In this document: in pieces, positions 12,745-30,030 of the stretch
How positions within the stretch are numbered: the stretch's first letter is position 1
Layout of the letters: the number at the start of each line of letters is the position of its first letter
Assembly: GCF_006345805.1 (NCBI RefSeq)
Contig: NC_043007.1
Coordinates: 51,584,001-51,648,000 of the forward strand
Origin: Octopus sinensis
Taxonomy: Eukaryota
Length of the DNA: 64,000 bases
Direction of reading: 5' to 3'
Notes under the pieces: model-generated
Seen by the model: the letters and a program-made list of their open reading frames with translations, nothing else
Databases searched by the model: none
What the model was told of the DNA's origin: nothing
Program-made: the position numbers and the translations under genes

Positions 12745-13045
12745 GGAGGTGCAATGGCCCAGTGGTTATGCAGCGGACTCGCAGTCGGAGGATCGCGGTT
12801 TCGATTCTCTGACCGGGCGTTGTGTGTGTCTATTGAGCAAAACACCTAAAGCTCCACGAGGCTCCGGCAGGGGGTGGTGGCGACCCCTGTTGTACTCTTT
12901 CGCCCCAACTTTCTCTCACTCTTTCTTCTTGTTTCTTGAGTAACGCTGCGATGGACTGGCGTCCCGTCCAGCTGGGGTAAACACATACGCCATAGAAACC
13001 GGGAAACCGGACCCATGAGCCTGGCTAGAATTGAAAAGGGCGCAT
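12745..13045 (+). mobile_element. tRNA-derived SINE, family S3 head with an alternative tail
   Basis: Head gcaatggcccagtggtta-g-cagcggactcgc...ggtttcgattc is shared with 44088 and 54903. The tail gcgatggactggcgtcccgtccag...aaaccgggaaacc differs from those copies. Confidence 0.85.
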
Positions 13046-14924
13046 AAATAAATAAATATATATGTGTGTGTATGTATACACACACACAAATTCAAATAAG
13101 TTATCATTATCTTTAAAAATGTAATGATAAGGTGGCAGCAAACATAACCAAAATAGGCAAAATATATATTATTAAGTCCGGGCACAATATGCACCTATTT
13201 ACCACACATCCCTCACTATATGTAAACACGCACGGAGAATGTAGCAAATATATTTAAAAAAAACAGTCGTCGCCATTTGTAAAACCACGAAGAGAAGAGC
13301 AGATATCCCGCTATCAATTCATTTCACTTTCTGTGCCAAATGACACTTAAAGCTCATCAGCTAGGATTACTACATAAACTATTCTTAAAATACATTTACC
13401 ACTCTGTGCGCGTCTGTTCAGCTGAAGGCCCCACGACTTCCAAACGAACAATAGCGAGCAAATGTAAATTCAAAATTCAAATAAGTTTAGAGAGTTTTCA
13501 CTCTTCTTTCTACCAAACAGGTGCATATTGTACCCTGACATTTTATAATATATATATATGAGGGAAGGGGGAGACAGGTGACCCCACAGTTGTCATCTAT
13601 TGTTTTTTACTTATAAGGTGTTGATCCGTCTCAGGCTATGGAAGAAGGCACATCCTCAAAGTGCCACAGAATAAGTTCGAAACGGAGACCTCATAATTGT
13701 AAACGGTCTTGACCACTTACCCAAACGCTTCGTGGAGATTTCATCTGCTCTAATGATATCATTCAACGACCCCCACCGACACCACATCAGTACACTGAAA
13801 CACAAGAGATGCTTTGCTCTTTGATGCTGCCTCCAGCAACACAGAAGCAGCTATTATGCCAGCAGTCACCCTACCGCCCAGCTGAATCATTTCTCTCAAC
13901 CTCTACTGCTACGTTGTATGTATGTGAATATATATGTATGGCTGCGTATATCTTTCGCTGATGTATATCACCGTATTATCTAAACAGACGAGAAGAATGT
14001 AAAAACTCTGCTTTACGAAGTTCCTCACGATATTTGTTCTACCTCTAGTTACAGATAATCATTTACAAAGTCACCGTCAGAAATGCAGGGAACTTGCACT
14101 ATTGTTCAGAACTGCTATATAAAGTGAACAATTCCACCTTCCTTCGGATGGATGTTGACTGTGGTGAGATCAGAACTCAGGATGTAAATGCAACTAGGCT
14201 GTTTGTCCGTTGTTCTAACGATTCTACTAATCCCTGCCATTTCAAAAAATAATGAAAATGTAGGCCATTGCAATTTCAATGAGCAAATAACATCATAAAG
14301 AAATATTTCCTCGGGTGGAACAAAACAATCCAGGTGTTGGGTTCGAACGAGTGATACATGATACAGAGTGATTTGAAGTACGGCAGGAAATCGAAGCTCG
14401 GGGTGCGGTCGGCCGGTCGGCTGGTAGGCTTGTCGGTTGGTCTGAACACAACATGAGGCACATCTATGTACTATATACCGGAAATTCACAATACTATCAT
14501 ATTTCCAGAGTCATCACGTAGCCACATTTGCAGGACTATAATAGCAGCAAAAATGAAGAAATTTCATTGTTTTAATGCATATCGATATCATTCTAACGTA
14601 AATGACCTCCCCACTACAACCATTATATATGTATACCTATGTCACTGTTGGTGGTGGTGGTGGTGGTGGTGGTGGTGGTGATATTGGTGGTGGTGGTGGT
14701 GGTGGTAAAGATATCGATATTGTTTCTACTGTTGTTATGTCCTTCCTTTCAACTGAGTAGCATTGCTCAGAAAATTTACATATGCGTAAGGAGTTCAAGT
14801 GGTTACTGATTCAATCCCAGTGTACATCTTTTTAAGAAAATGTTTCTGTACTCTAGCCTCAGGTTGATCAACAGCTTCGAGTAAAAACCGAGTAGATGGA
14901 AATTGATCACTGGCCATCGTATAT

Positions 14925-15316
14925 AGTATATGTATGTACGTACGTATGTATGTATGTATGTATGTATGTATGCATGTATGTATGTATGTATGTATGTATG
15001 TATGCGTGTATGTATGTATGTATGTATGTATGTATGTATGTATGTATGTATGTATGTATGTATGTATGTATGTATGCGTGTATGTATGTATGTATATATG
15101 TAATTATGTATGTATGCGTGTATGTATGCATGCGTGTACGCATTGTATATATGTATGTGTATGTTTGTGTATGCGTGTACATATTGCCTGCGTCACCCAC
15201 AGTGCATAGACAGTTCAGTTGATCAAACTATGGGAAGACTAATCGTCGAAAACAACGAAGTGCCATTTCCTTGCTATATGTGTGTGTATCAGTGAAATAT
15301 ATAAACACACACACAC

Positions 15317-15362
<46 letters not shown>

Positions 15363-15975
15363 TATATAATATATATAATATATATATATACACACATAGT
15401 CGTATATGTGTGTGTGTGTGTGTGGAGGGAAGGGCTCAGTCGTTTAGATCGATCCCAATACTTGAGTGACCATTTATTTTATCAACCCCAAATTGATGAA
15501 ACAAAGTTGACATCGGTGTGTTTTGAACACAGAATTATGACGGTAACAGTTCTGCCAATCAACCGACCGTTGTTGTATGTGTATCGTGTATGTATGTATT
15601 TATATATGTATGTATGTATCTATGTATCTATGTATGCATGTATGTATGCATGCATGTATGTATGTACGTATATATGTACGTGTGTATCGTTGTATGTATG
15701 TATGTACGTATGTACGTATGTATGTATGTACGTATGTACGTATGTATGTGCGTATGTACGTATGTATGTACGTATGTACGTACGTACGTATGTATGTACG
15801 TATGTACGTATGTACGTATGTATGTACGTATGTACGTATGTATGTACGTATGTATGTACATATTATCTTTGTACGTTTGTATGTATGTTTGTATATATGT
15901 ATGAAAGTAGGTAGGTAGGTGGGTAGTTAGGTAGGTAGGTAGGTAGGTAGGTAGGTAGGTAGGTAGGTACTACGT
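14925..15975. repeat. Large compound (ATGT)/(ACGT-ATGT)/(TA)/(AGGT) microsatellite region
   Basis: Tetranucleotide and dinucleotide tracts seen directly, with short unique spacers. Confidence 0.9.
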
Positions 15976-16874
15976 ACGTACACACATCTTTCTTGATGGC
16001 TCAGTGCCTTGAGGTCGATACACAGATATGGCCGAATAGCTAAGAAGTTCGTTTCACATTGCTTCGCTTCATGGATATAGACTTAGATCCCGTTGTGTAG
16101 TATCTTGTGCAAATGTCTTTTTTCAATAAATAAAGTCAGGTAGATCCTCCAGATGAGTTGTATCTGTAACCGAACATTTTAAAAGTTATTGAGGTTTAAA
16201 GTTTGATCATTTTCACCCAGTTGGGTACAGGATTTGGAAGCTATCATTTTTTTTTTGTGCGTGACTGCACATTTTGTTGCCAACATCCTGAAAATAGCAC
16301 GTGTTGTCAATATTTGTAAACAAAACGTGTTATGTCTCCGGTAATTATCCTTCATGTAAATAAATGTTTATGTTAATTCAAAAGAGGAAAACAGTTTTAA
16401 ATCTCTGAGCGAGTTGTTGGCAAATAAACTTTTATTCAAAAGATTTATCCAAAAATCTTATTTAGTTGTTATTTTTAGCACATCTTACAAGCACCTCAAT
16501 GCTTAATGACAAAAAAACTTCTGTCAACATGTACTTCCTCGCAGACTTTTCAAAGAATGTTACTATGGCAACAGGCAAAAAAGTTCTCATGTTCCGCTTG
16601 TTACTATCGAAACAGACATGATTGTGTCTGTGGCTTACGATTGGCTACGATTACCAAAATTTTCAAACTTTAATTATTTAATTATTCAAACTTCAGTTAT
16701 TAGTATAACTCTTTATTTATTGATTTATAGTGAAATTACTTTCACGTCATTAATTAGCCTATAAAAGTGAATCATTAAACTGAATGTGAAATCAATTTCA
16801 ATAGAATGTTTGGCAGGCAGCCAAACAGAAAAGATCCATATATATATATATATATACACATTCATACATAAAAG

Positions 16875-16912
<38 letters not shown>

Positions 16913-16950
16913 TATATGAATATGTATGTGTATATATGTATATATACATA

Positions 16951-17735
16951 TGATGTCTGATCAATAAGTATCCGGACTGCTGCTATAAAAACTAAACTAC
17001 AACACGTTCCTACATGGCATTTATCTCCTTCAAAGTAGTTCTCTTAGGAAGCCACACACTTAATCCAGCGCTGTTTCTACCCATAGAAGCTTCCTGGAAC
17101 TCGTTTTCTGGGATAATCAGCAGCTGCCTCGTCATATTCACTTTGATTTCCTCGACATCCTGAAATCTTCCTTTCAAGCGGGATTTGATTTTTGGAAATA
17201 AGAAAAAGTCGCAAGGGGCGAGACCATGGGAATATGGCAGCTGTCGGACCTGGGAAATGCTGTGCTTAGTCAAAAACTGGTGCACAAGCTGCACTGAATG
17301 GGCAGGTGCGTTGCCAGCTGAAAGCCGTTATGGTACAAACTTGGCAGACACGCGCTTCATGCCCTAACTAATCTGCGCATCCTCTGATAACTCATGGATG
17401 ATGATTCGATGATTTCTTCTCACAGCTGTACGCACATCTGCGATGTTTTTCTGGTTGCAGGTCTCCCAGAACGTTTGTCACTATCGACATTCTTTCAGTT
17501 CATATACTCCTCTCCATACTCTTTCTGAAATTTTGCGTTGGCCTCTGAACAGGTGTCGCCAGGCTTTTGGCAAAATTTGAGGCAGTTTCAGAGTCAATGC
17601 GACGATCACACGCTCCGTACATTCCTTCAAAACACTTCTGTAAACAGCGGAAGCGAGCCAGAGTTCAAGTTCAATCTGTGCCAAGCGGCATCACTCTGCG
17701 CGCTTTAGCTTCGTTACTATGGCAACAGTTCGAAT
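16951..17735 (-). mobile_element. Internally deleted mariner element
   Basis: TIR gtctgatcaataagtatccggactg at the left end. ORF 17010-17294 contains YSHGLAPCDFFLFPKIKSRLKG-RFQDVEEIK, a mariner C-terminus with a YSPDLAP-like motif. Confidence 0.85.
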
Positions 17736-17857
17736 TTTTCTTCCAATAATAAACGTCTCAATTTTACGAGTTTGTTTCCTTCTATATCTTGTCTTTTATT
17801 ACATGCGTCTATATACATACATCTATATACACACATATATAGATTTATACTTATACA

Positions 17858-17931
<74 letters not shown>

Positions 17932-18004
17932 TATTATGTATATAATATAGAATATATACAATATATTTAATAATATATATATACACACACGCACACGCAC
18001 ACAT

Positions 18005-18063
<59 letters not shown>

Positions 18064-19721
18064 AATATATATATGATGCGTGTTAGTCATGAATTCTGCC
18101 GCCTTGCTGTCTACTTGCACTTTCTTACGACATAAAAGTCAGCTGTATGTACGGGACGTTAATGATTGCTTTACTCTCTTCCATGACAAACAGCAAGCAC
18201 AATATTTATTATTGTTCTCACAGACGAAAGAAATACATATTAAATGCGTGTATATGTATGCATGTGAAACTATACTATTAGTTAATATAGCACTATCAGT
18301 TACTAACGGAAACCTATATTTCTGATAGGAATGAACAATTCTAGTCTTGGGATCAGATCGTACAGGAGAAAAAACTCATTATGGTTTGGTTACCAGAACT
18401 TGGCGAAAACCTTATGTTTTGGTTGAAATAGTTATAAAGTAATAAATTAAAGAATATATTGAAAAACCACAATAGTAAATAAATAAATACATAAAAGAAT
18501 GAAGGATGTCTCACATTATGAACAAAATATAAAAAACAGAAAGTGAGGTCAAAATTATAATTTTGTGTGTGTGTGTTTTATGTATATATTCATAAGTTAT
18601 TAACTATTTTAAAATTTTATTTTTATTTAATAGAATGCTACTAACCTTTGTGGTAGAACTCCGTATACAGGGTGTATTTTATGTCTCATGTGCAGTTTCT
18701 ATGTAAGCGCTTTCGTTTCACAACTTTTCAAACACACGTGTTCCGAACTAATGTAATCTTTTCATTTAGTTTTTTTTTTTTTGTTATGGTGTTAACTATT
18801 TCCGGTTTACTTTACGGTTTAAAATTCTAATAAAATATTCTTCTTTTGCATTTTGTAGTTGACCATTTTCATCTTATATTTTGTAAAAAAAGGAATATTT
18901 TGAATTTTCCATTTGCACAAATGTGTTGATGCTTACCATCATTGAAAAGATGAACCTTTAGTTTGTTGTTTGTGCACATTTACATTACAGAGATGTGATG
19001 ACTGATGTAGAATTGAGAGGTATCGTTTGGCTCAATATATGATGTTGACAATAAATTTTATCTACGAGTTCAAGGCACAGCGATGGTGACAAATGCAACT
19101 CTTGTAATGAGGCACCTGGAATAAAAATCTTTACATTGTCCAGAACTACTTTTGATAATCATTTCCAAACCTATTTAATAGTGAACTGGAAAAGATTCTT
19201 TGCTGACTGCTTCATATTTCGGAACAAAATTAAGGAACATATTACAAGATTCCTTACATTAAAAAACAGCAGGATGTCTTCTTCTACAACATTGCTACCA
19301 AGCAAGTGGCTTGTCAAAATTAACTCTGAATGAAAAAGAGAAAAAGAAAACATATATATAGACATGTATGCACACATGTATGCACTCATACATACATGCA
19401 GTGTGGTGATGTCTATTTATCAAAAGTACGGTCATGGAGGACCGACAGCTACCGTTGTGATATCAAGCATATTCTCTCGTACACTTTGTGTAACAGGGTG
19501 TGTGGGCCAACCAGAGAACTCATAGTCATACATACATGCATACATACATACATACATACACATATACATACAAACATACGTACGTACATAGATACATATA
19601 TATACATACATCTTTGTATATATATATATATATATATATAATTCGCAAATACATACATATACATATAAACATATGCACATACGAGCATACAACATGCGTA
19701 CATACATTGATACATATATAT

Positions 19722-19949
19722 TTCTTTACTACCCACAGGAGGCTAAACATAGAGAAGACAAAAAAGGACAGTCAAAGGGATTAAGTCAATTATATCGACC
19801 CCAGTGCGAAACTGGTACTTTATTTATCGACCCCGAAAGGATGAAAGGCAAAGTTGACCTCGGCGGAATTTGAACTCAGAACGTAACGACAGACGAAATA
19901 CGGCTACGCATTTCGCCCAGCGTGCTGACGTTTCTGCCACACGCCGCCT
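19722..19949 (-). mobile_element. SINE family S1
   Basis: Reverse complement of the S1 consensus seen at 28598. Confidence 0.9.
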
Positions 19950-19984
19950 ATACATACATTGATACATATATTTACACACATATA

Positions 19985-20189
19985 GAGTAACCCCTCGCCA
20001 TATCGCGGTTCATCTATCGAGCACTTAGTGTATCGCGGATTTTTCTGGTTAATAAATGTAAGGTTATATCGCGGCTTCCTCAATATATCCGGGTTTCTGC
20101 AGCCGATAGGTATTTATAACTTTTTTAGATTTTAATTATTTCTTTTGGGGTTTTGGGACGTAACACCCACGATAGTCGAGGGATTACTG
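19985..20189. mobile_element. pogo/Tigger-like MITE
   Basis: Imperfect TIRs (agtaacccctcgccatatcgcgg and ccacgatagtcgagggattactg) with TA flanks; about 205 bp and non-coding. Confidence 0.65.
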
Positions 20190-20256
20190 TATACATATAT
20201 GCATATATACATATATATATGTGCATACATGCATAATGCATATATATAATATATAT

Positions 20257-20304
<48 letters not shown>

Positions 20305-21379
20305 CACATACATACATGCATGCGTACATACATACATACATACATACATACATACATACATACATACATACATACATACATAAAAGACATACATACGTAC
20401 ATAAAAGACATTCCTCTATTTTAATCAAAAAGAAGCTCAATAAAAATATCTTTTGAAATTCAAGCCGCCATTTTGTGTTTTGCTCTTGTTTTTATGACGC
20501 CATTAGTCGTATTGAGAATCTTCTTGTATTTTATTATTGATTCTTATTTCAAGTTTATGGATGTATTTGTCTGTATGTGTGTTTGTGTAAGTGCGTTTGT
20601 TAAATATTTCTATCACTTGTACATTTCTAAAACATCTTCGACCGCCGCATATACAGAAATAGACGTTCGTATAAATAAACACACAATCATAGAAAAATAC
20701 GAACCACGCATACAACCGCTTAGATGCTTACATATACGCATACACAATGTCACACATTTATACAGCATGTGACGCACATGTAAAATATACATTAAAGCCC
20801 ATGCCTAGATTCGTGTTGTTATTACAACAGTTATTTATGCACCGCTATTAAGTCATTCATTCTGTCGTCGAGTGAAGGGCAATTAAGGTAGACTAATTTA
20901 GTTATATTGTTTCTTTTAGTCTCAAAGAAACAAATGATTCATTAGTCTTAATTGATATATGTAATCAAGATATTTTCCCTTTTATTGATAACATAATTCC
21001 ATCTATTTGGTAAATTATTTATCGATCGAGCATAAAATTCTTCAGGTTTCGAAGCAAAGAAACACTCAATATAGTTCTTAACTGCACCATAATTGATAAA
21101 CTGTTCTCCTTGTTAATAATGGTACAATGTTCTGGAAAGATAATAAATTAGATGAAGTAAGATCAGAAGAGTAAGAAGAATGGGGCAGAACTACTAGATT
21201 TAGTGCCATAATCTTTTCTGTAATGATTTGGTCGAAATGTTATTTTGCTTTATTGTGTAAGAATAGCAGCTTTTTTACGATTGACCAATAACGGTCGCTT
21301 TTTCTCCAAAATTTTCTGCTATGCTTCCAGTTGATGACAATACTATCCTGGATTAACTATTTCATTTTGGTGTAACAAG

Positions 21380-21990
21380 ACTGAATACATAACAGAAAAT
21401 AAGTTTTTTCGCGTATAGTGCTGGTTTGAGTATGGATACTCTTTTTTTTTATTATTGTTACTAACCATTGTCACTTTCGTTGGATATGATCATACCGAAC
21501 CCGCCTTTCATTGCTTGCGATGATTCCTACCCAAGAAAGCTTCGGTCGCAAGTTTGCTTTTCAGTGACGAAAATACAACATATTGATTAAACTGAGAAAC
21601 AGTCAGACGATGAAGGACTCACTAACCAAATTTAGACACTTTTCCTCGTTCATGAAGGTGTATTTCGATCGAAGTATGACTAGAATTGAGCTGTTCCGAT
21701 AATACTCGTGCAGTTTGCCTTTAATTTTCCTCATGTAAGGCTTTCAAACCTCAATATTAGCAAAACTTGGTCGTCCAAATCGAGTGGGATCTGCGAGAGA
21801 AATATTTTTCGTACACGATTGACCAAACCATCTTTCGCATGTCCGGATACTTAAAGCTTCATTTCCATCGACAGAAAGAATATTTCTTACTGCTTCCATT
21901 GCTAACGGGTGCCTTTTGAATTCATACAGCATGCAGTGTCTGATATGAGTCTGATCTAAACTCATTTCCAAAGAGTGTAACCGATGCAAA
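21380..21990 (-). pseudogene. Mariner transposase N-terminal remnant
   Basis: HIRHCMLYEF...EAVRNILSVDGNEALSIRTCERWF...LADPTRFGRP (HTH), followed downstream by a degenerate NERRVRYD (GDEKWVxYD-like) motif. Confidence 0.8.
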
Positions 21991-22180
21991 TGTAACCATT
22001 GTAGTATAAAGTAGTCTGCAAAGAAAATCAATCATTTGAAAGAAAAAATATGTTCAAAATGCGACAGAATTTCGTTTCCACCTGTACGTGTGCGTGTACA
22101 TGAGTGTATGTGTGTGCGCTCGCGTGTACTAGTATACACATGTATGAATATAAATGCCTGTATGTATATGTATGTATATA

Positions 22181-22226
<46 letters not shown>

Positions 22227-22749
22227 TGTGGTGTGTGTGTGTGTGAGTGTGTGTGTTAACCATATAATTTCCTTTAAATGGTATTCTATGTATGAAAATT
22301 ATATTGCTTCGATCGTAATATATAAGATATAACACACATACACAAGAGTAAGGTTGTACTGAATAAATCTAAAAGTTACCCCCCCCCCCTTGTTGGTTTC
22401 CGTGCACATGATACAAGATTTGACTTTTTTAAGGCAACAGTAGGCGTAACGCATACCATTGAATCAGGCATAAAGTCAAGGAGTGCAGGAATAAACGCTT
22501 TTTAATACATATGTACAACAGTACTGAGTATATTCACGGAAGCAAATACACACGTATTATATTATATCACATTTTATTACATTATATTTATATATTCTCT
22601 TGTACTATATAGTATTAAACTATATATTAAATTATACTGTATCATATACTATACTAACAAGCTGGCTTACTATGCTGCGCTGAGGAAGCAGAATTGATTT
22701 ACTTCTAGTTGATCTGAAAATGGTAAATGAAGAAACACTCAGGGAAATT

Positions 22750-23402
22750 GGTCATACTCCAGTGTTTGACCCGAGCAAAAGAATTGTGCAATAGGTATAA
22801 AATAACATGTAGTAAACGAATATGAAAAAAATGCGAGGTGGAAAACGGGGGCGGGGGAGATGACTCGGAAAATTCACTTGCCCAAGGTACCATGCAGTGG
22901 GGCTGAACCCTGAACTGTGTGGTTGGGAAGAGTATCTATTTTCTGTAGGGAAAAAATCGGATCGTGTGAATTGTCCTGGTCCTCCCCACCCCATTCGCCA
23001 GCGAGCATTTTTCTTTTTCATAATCGTTTACTACATGTTGTTTTACACCTATTAGACTATTCTTTTTCATTTTTGTGACCGGGTGTCGAAGTGGGGTTAC
23101 TGGATCGTGTGAATTATCCGAGTCCGCACCCCACCCACCCCTTTCACAAAAATTAAAGAGAAAATAGTTTGCTAGGTATAAAATAATGTGTAGTAAGCGA
23201 ATATGAAGAAAAAACATTTCGCGGACGAACGGGGAAGTGGTGAGATGACTTGGAACATTCCCGATATTAATTTTTCGAGTCCTCTCTCTCGCCCCCCGTT
23301 CGCCAGCGCCCATTTTTTTTCATATTCGTTTACTACATGTTGTTTTGCACCTACTGCACTTTCTGTTTTTTTTTTGCTCGGGTCAAACACTGGAGTTTGA
23401 CC
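22750..23402. mobile_element. Foldback-type MITE with modular internal inverted subrepeats
   Basis: Perfect 25-bp inverted repeat at 22756-22780 and 23372-23396 within longer imperfect arms. Putative 8-bp TSD gggaaatt/ggaaaatt. Confidence 0.75.
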
Positions 23403-23651
23403 GGAAAATTTCTTTTGCATAGATCTATGCAATTAGTTTGTCAAATTCGGCTCTCGGAGTATCGACAGAGTGAATTTACCTTCCAGTAAATTAACATCTC
23501 AGAGCTGCAGCATGTAGTGTGTAATTACTATATTTCGTACATTTGAAGCAATCCAATGCAGAGAAATAAATAAATGAAATAACATGATGAGTGATGTAAG
23601 AGAAACAAATGAAACAAATAATACATTATGTATCTGCTTAGTCACTCGTTC

Positions 23652-23723
23652 AGCATAGTGGCACAGTGGAAACGTGCTGAACTCATAACTCAGGTGTCGG
23701 TGATTTGAAACTACGCACTGCGA
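23652..23723 (+). pseudogene. tRNA-iMet: Initiator tRNA-Met (CAT) pseudogene
   Basis: The 72 nt are colinear with the conserved eukaryotic iMet sequence (AGCAGAGTGGCGCAGCGGAAGCGTGCTGGGCCCATAACCCAG...). CAT anticodon at 23684-23686. The acceptor stem has 3 mispairs and the T-arm is mutated. Confidence 0.85.
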
Positions 23724-24299
23724 CGAAATGGATGCAATTATTTGGAATTATACATTGCAACTGAGTTGTTTATAAATAAATGAAGCATGAGACATATATA
23801 CTTACAGGGGCGGGTAAACATTTTTTTTAGTTATGCAATAGAAGTTTATATCGGATGTCATTAACTGACCAGGCAACACCAAAATCCAAGCAGCGTAGTG
23901 AGCAGACGTCAACAACAAAGGGACTTTTCGTTTAGTATATAACAAAATTACAAATTGTATTACATTTATTATGGTAGGGTGGAAAGAAAGTTTTCTTGCA
24001 TTATTGACAAGATCAATTTGAGGGTACCTTTCAATACTTATTGGAAAATAAGCACAAATACTAACTGACTAATGTTTTGTTTCTTTCTTTGCAGATTACT
24101 TAATGCTAAGTGGTTAATTTTCTATCGATTTTACCCATCAGATACTGTATGCTGCATGCATTAAAAAGGGGTTCTTTTTAATATATGCAACAAGAAATAT
24201 TCATTCTGTTGATAGTTTGGCAAATTCCTTACGAGATATTTTTGTTTCACAGACTACGCTTGATCTGGATGACCAAGTTCTATCGATATTGAGCTTCTA

Positions 24300-27699
<3,400 letters not shown>

Positions 27700-28597
27700 G
27701 GGAGAAATAAAATAAGATACTTCAAAGACTCCCAGAATAAAATCCTAAACACGTAAGAGGTTCTCCCTCTTTCTATCATTCAATCTCTTTCTTAATTCGC
27801 CTCTCCACTGTTAAAAGTAAAGAAAATAGAAAATATCTATCATACTTGTGTATAATGTTAATTTTGATTTTGAATGAATCTGGGCTTTCATTGCTCCGCC
27901 TCTATCAATTCACTCTTTTTCTCCACTGTCAAGAGAGTAAGAAAGACAAAAAATAACAATTCCTAACCGTTTTAAATGAACATAGACCAACTAGTTTCAT
28001 AATCCCAAGTTATGTTGCCTTGATAAGCTCCAATGAGAACGAAATAGCGTTATTTGTAGTTACTTGAAGACCCAAAATAGGAAAAAATTAATTGCATGGA
28101 TTAGAAAATGACCTCGCCTAATAATAAAGCTAATGAAAAACAAAAGATTATATTCTCTGCGCGGTTTTCTCCTCTAGAGGGAAAATTCTACTGCCCTTCT
28201 ATTTCGCAGAAAGCTCTCTTTCTCTCCGTCTCTTACTCCGAAAGCAACCATAGGTGGCGCCACCAACAGTCGCCAGTCAAAATTCTCGCATGTGAGTTAA
28301 CTGTGAAGATGTCAAAAACAATGTTGAGTCTTTCTTCGCTTCAACCCTGAGGGATTTCATGCCTGAGAGATGAACGATTTACAAATCAGATGGGGTTAGG
28401 GTATCAATAATGAGGAGAAATATCTTGATGAAGTACATCAATTAAAATCAAAGAAAGACTTGTTCCTTATTCCGTCTTGAAATGTGACAGAACTTTCTTT
28501 ACAACATAATATAACAACTTATATGATTATATGTATATGTGCCTCTGCAAGTATATGGAAACATGCAATGGTATTATTATATATTATATTTTCTGCG

Positions 28598-28815
28598 AGC
28601 TGGCAGAAGCGTTAGCGCGCCGGGCGAAATGCTTAGCGACATTTCGTCTGTCGTTACGTTCTGAGTTCGAATTCCGCCGAGGTCGACTTTGCCTTTCATC
28701 CTTTCGGGGTCGATAAATTAAGTACCAGTTACACACTGGGGTCGATGTAATCGACTTAATACCTATGTTTGTCCCTTCTATGTTTAGCCCCTTGTGGGTA
28801 ATAAAGAAATAGGTA
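28598..28815 (+). mobile_element. SINE family S1
   Basis: gagctggcagaagcgttagc-cgccgggcgaaatgc...gttcgaattccgccgaggtcgactttgcc. Confidence 0.9.
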
Positions 28816-28829
28816 TTATTATATATTTA

Positions 28830-28963
28830 TAGGGAGAATTCACAAAAAAAAAAAAAGACAAAGACAGGTGGTGTACTAGTTTAACGCTCGGGAAGTGGAA
28901 ACGTCTTTAACGTTTCTAGCCTACGCTCTTCCACAGAAAGGAACACAGAAATAAACAGGGAGA
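28830..28963 (-). mobile_element. Short non-autonomous retro-element tail carrying a minimal HHR-like motif (family X)
   Basis: Reverse complement homologous to 55312-55497. Motif CUUU-CUGUGGAA-GAGC(GUAG)GCUA-GAAAC-GUU-AAAG at 28905-28940. Confidence 0.65.
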
Positions 28964-29996
28964 AGGTCGTCAAGTATGAAATTTGTAGTAAGGTATATGG
29001 TAAACTTTGAGAGTTGCTCATTTTGAGCCATTATTATATTTTGACAAGCTTTATCTTTTGTTAGAAATCTGACACATCTATTTATTATAACTCATTTTGC
29101 GCTTTATAAACTATTTATAAATCGTTTTTTACTATTTTTGTTTAGAGATGGATAAGTCGGAAATTCCTAGTTTTGAAATATGAGTTCTTTCTTGGAAATA
29201 CAGCATCAGTCAGCTCGGAATATTGATGGAGTATTTCATTGTAATGTTATTACACAGCAGACAGTAGCAAATTGGTTTGCAAAATTTCGTTCTGGTAACT
29301 TTGACCCCACAAAGGAGCAACGAATGGAAGCTTGCATTATCCTACTTTCTCGTTACAAAAATAAATCATTTTAAAATCGAATTGTAATATGTGATGATAA
29401 ATGGACCCAATACAACAATCGTAAACGTTCACCAAAACACAGTCCAAAAAGCAGAATTCATCAAAAGAAGCTGGTGGTGTGTGCTTGATGATCTGGCGCA
29501 GGTGGGATCCATTATGATTTCATTAAACCTGGCTCATCAATCACGGCCAAAGTATACTGCAGCCAACTGGACCAAATGATGCAGAAACTTACAAAAAGCA
29601 GTCTAGATTATTGCATCTTATTGCAAAACAACGCCACACCTCACATCGCAAAATCACATTGGTGAAACTGCAGGTGTTGGAGTTGGAAGTTCTCCATCAT
29701 CCACCATACTCACTTGATTTTGCCCCCGCTGACTACGGCTTCTTCCAGAATTTGAATAACTTTGATAGGAAAAAAAAATTAATTCCGATAATGATATAAA
29801 ACAGGCCTTCCAAGATTTTATTGACTCTATATTGCCAGGCTTCTACAATTCCGGGCTGGACAAGCTACCGCTGAAATGGCAAAAATGTATTGACAATATG
29901 GGTGCATACTTTGATGAATAAAACTATTCCATGTATTTATAAAACATTGGGAAACATTTTTTCTTTTCTACAAATTTCATACTTGACAACACCTAA
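28964..29996 (+). mobile_element. Mariner element, near full span, degenerate
   Basis: TIRs gtcgtcaagtatgaaatttgtag and ctacaaatttcatacttgacaac. Translation includes MDKSE...QQTVANWFAKFRSGNFD, ICDDKW, HHPPYSLDFAPADYGFF and KWQKCIDNMGAYFDE*. Confidence 0.9.
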
Positions 29997-29997
29997 G

Positions 29998-30030
<33 letters not shown>

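Noticed and set aside
13195-13280. Minus-strand ATG exon candidate (MATTVFFKY...) ending at gtaaat
   Set aside because: Only about 25 codons, with no homology and no linked downstream exon.
28247-28263. ggtggcgccacc palindrome / CTCF-like site
   Set aside because: A single short motif with a mismatched 5' half and no supporting context.
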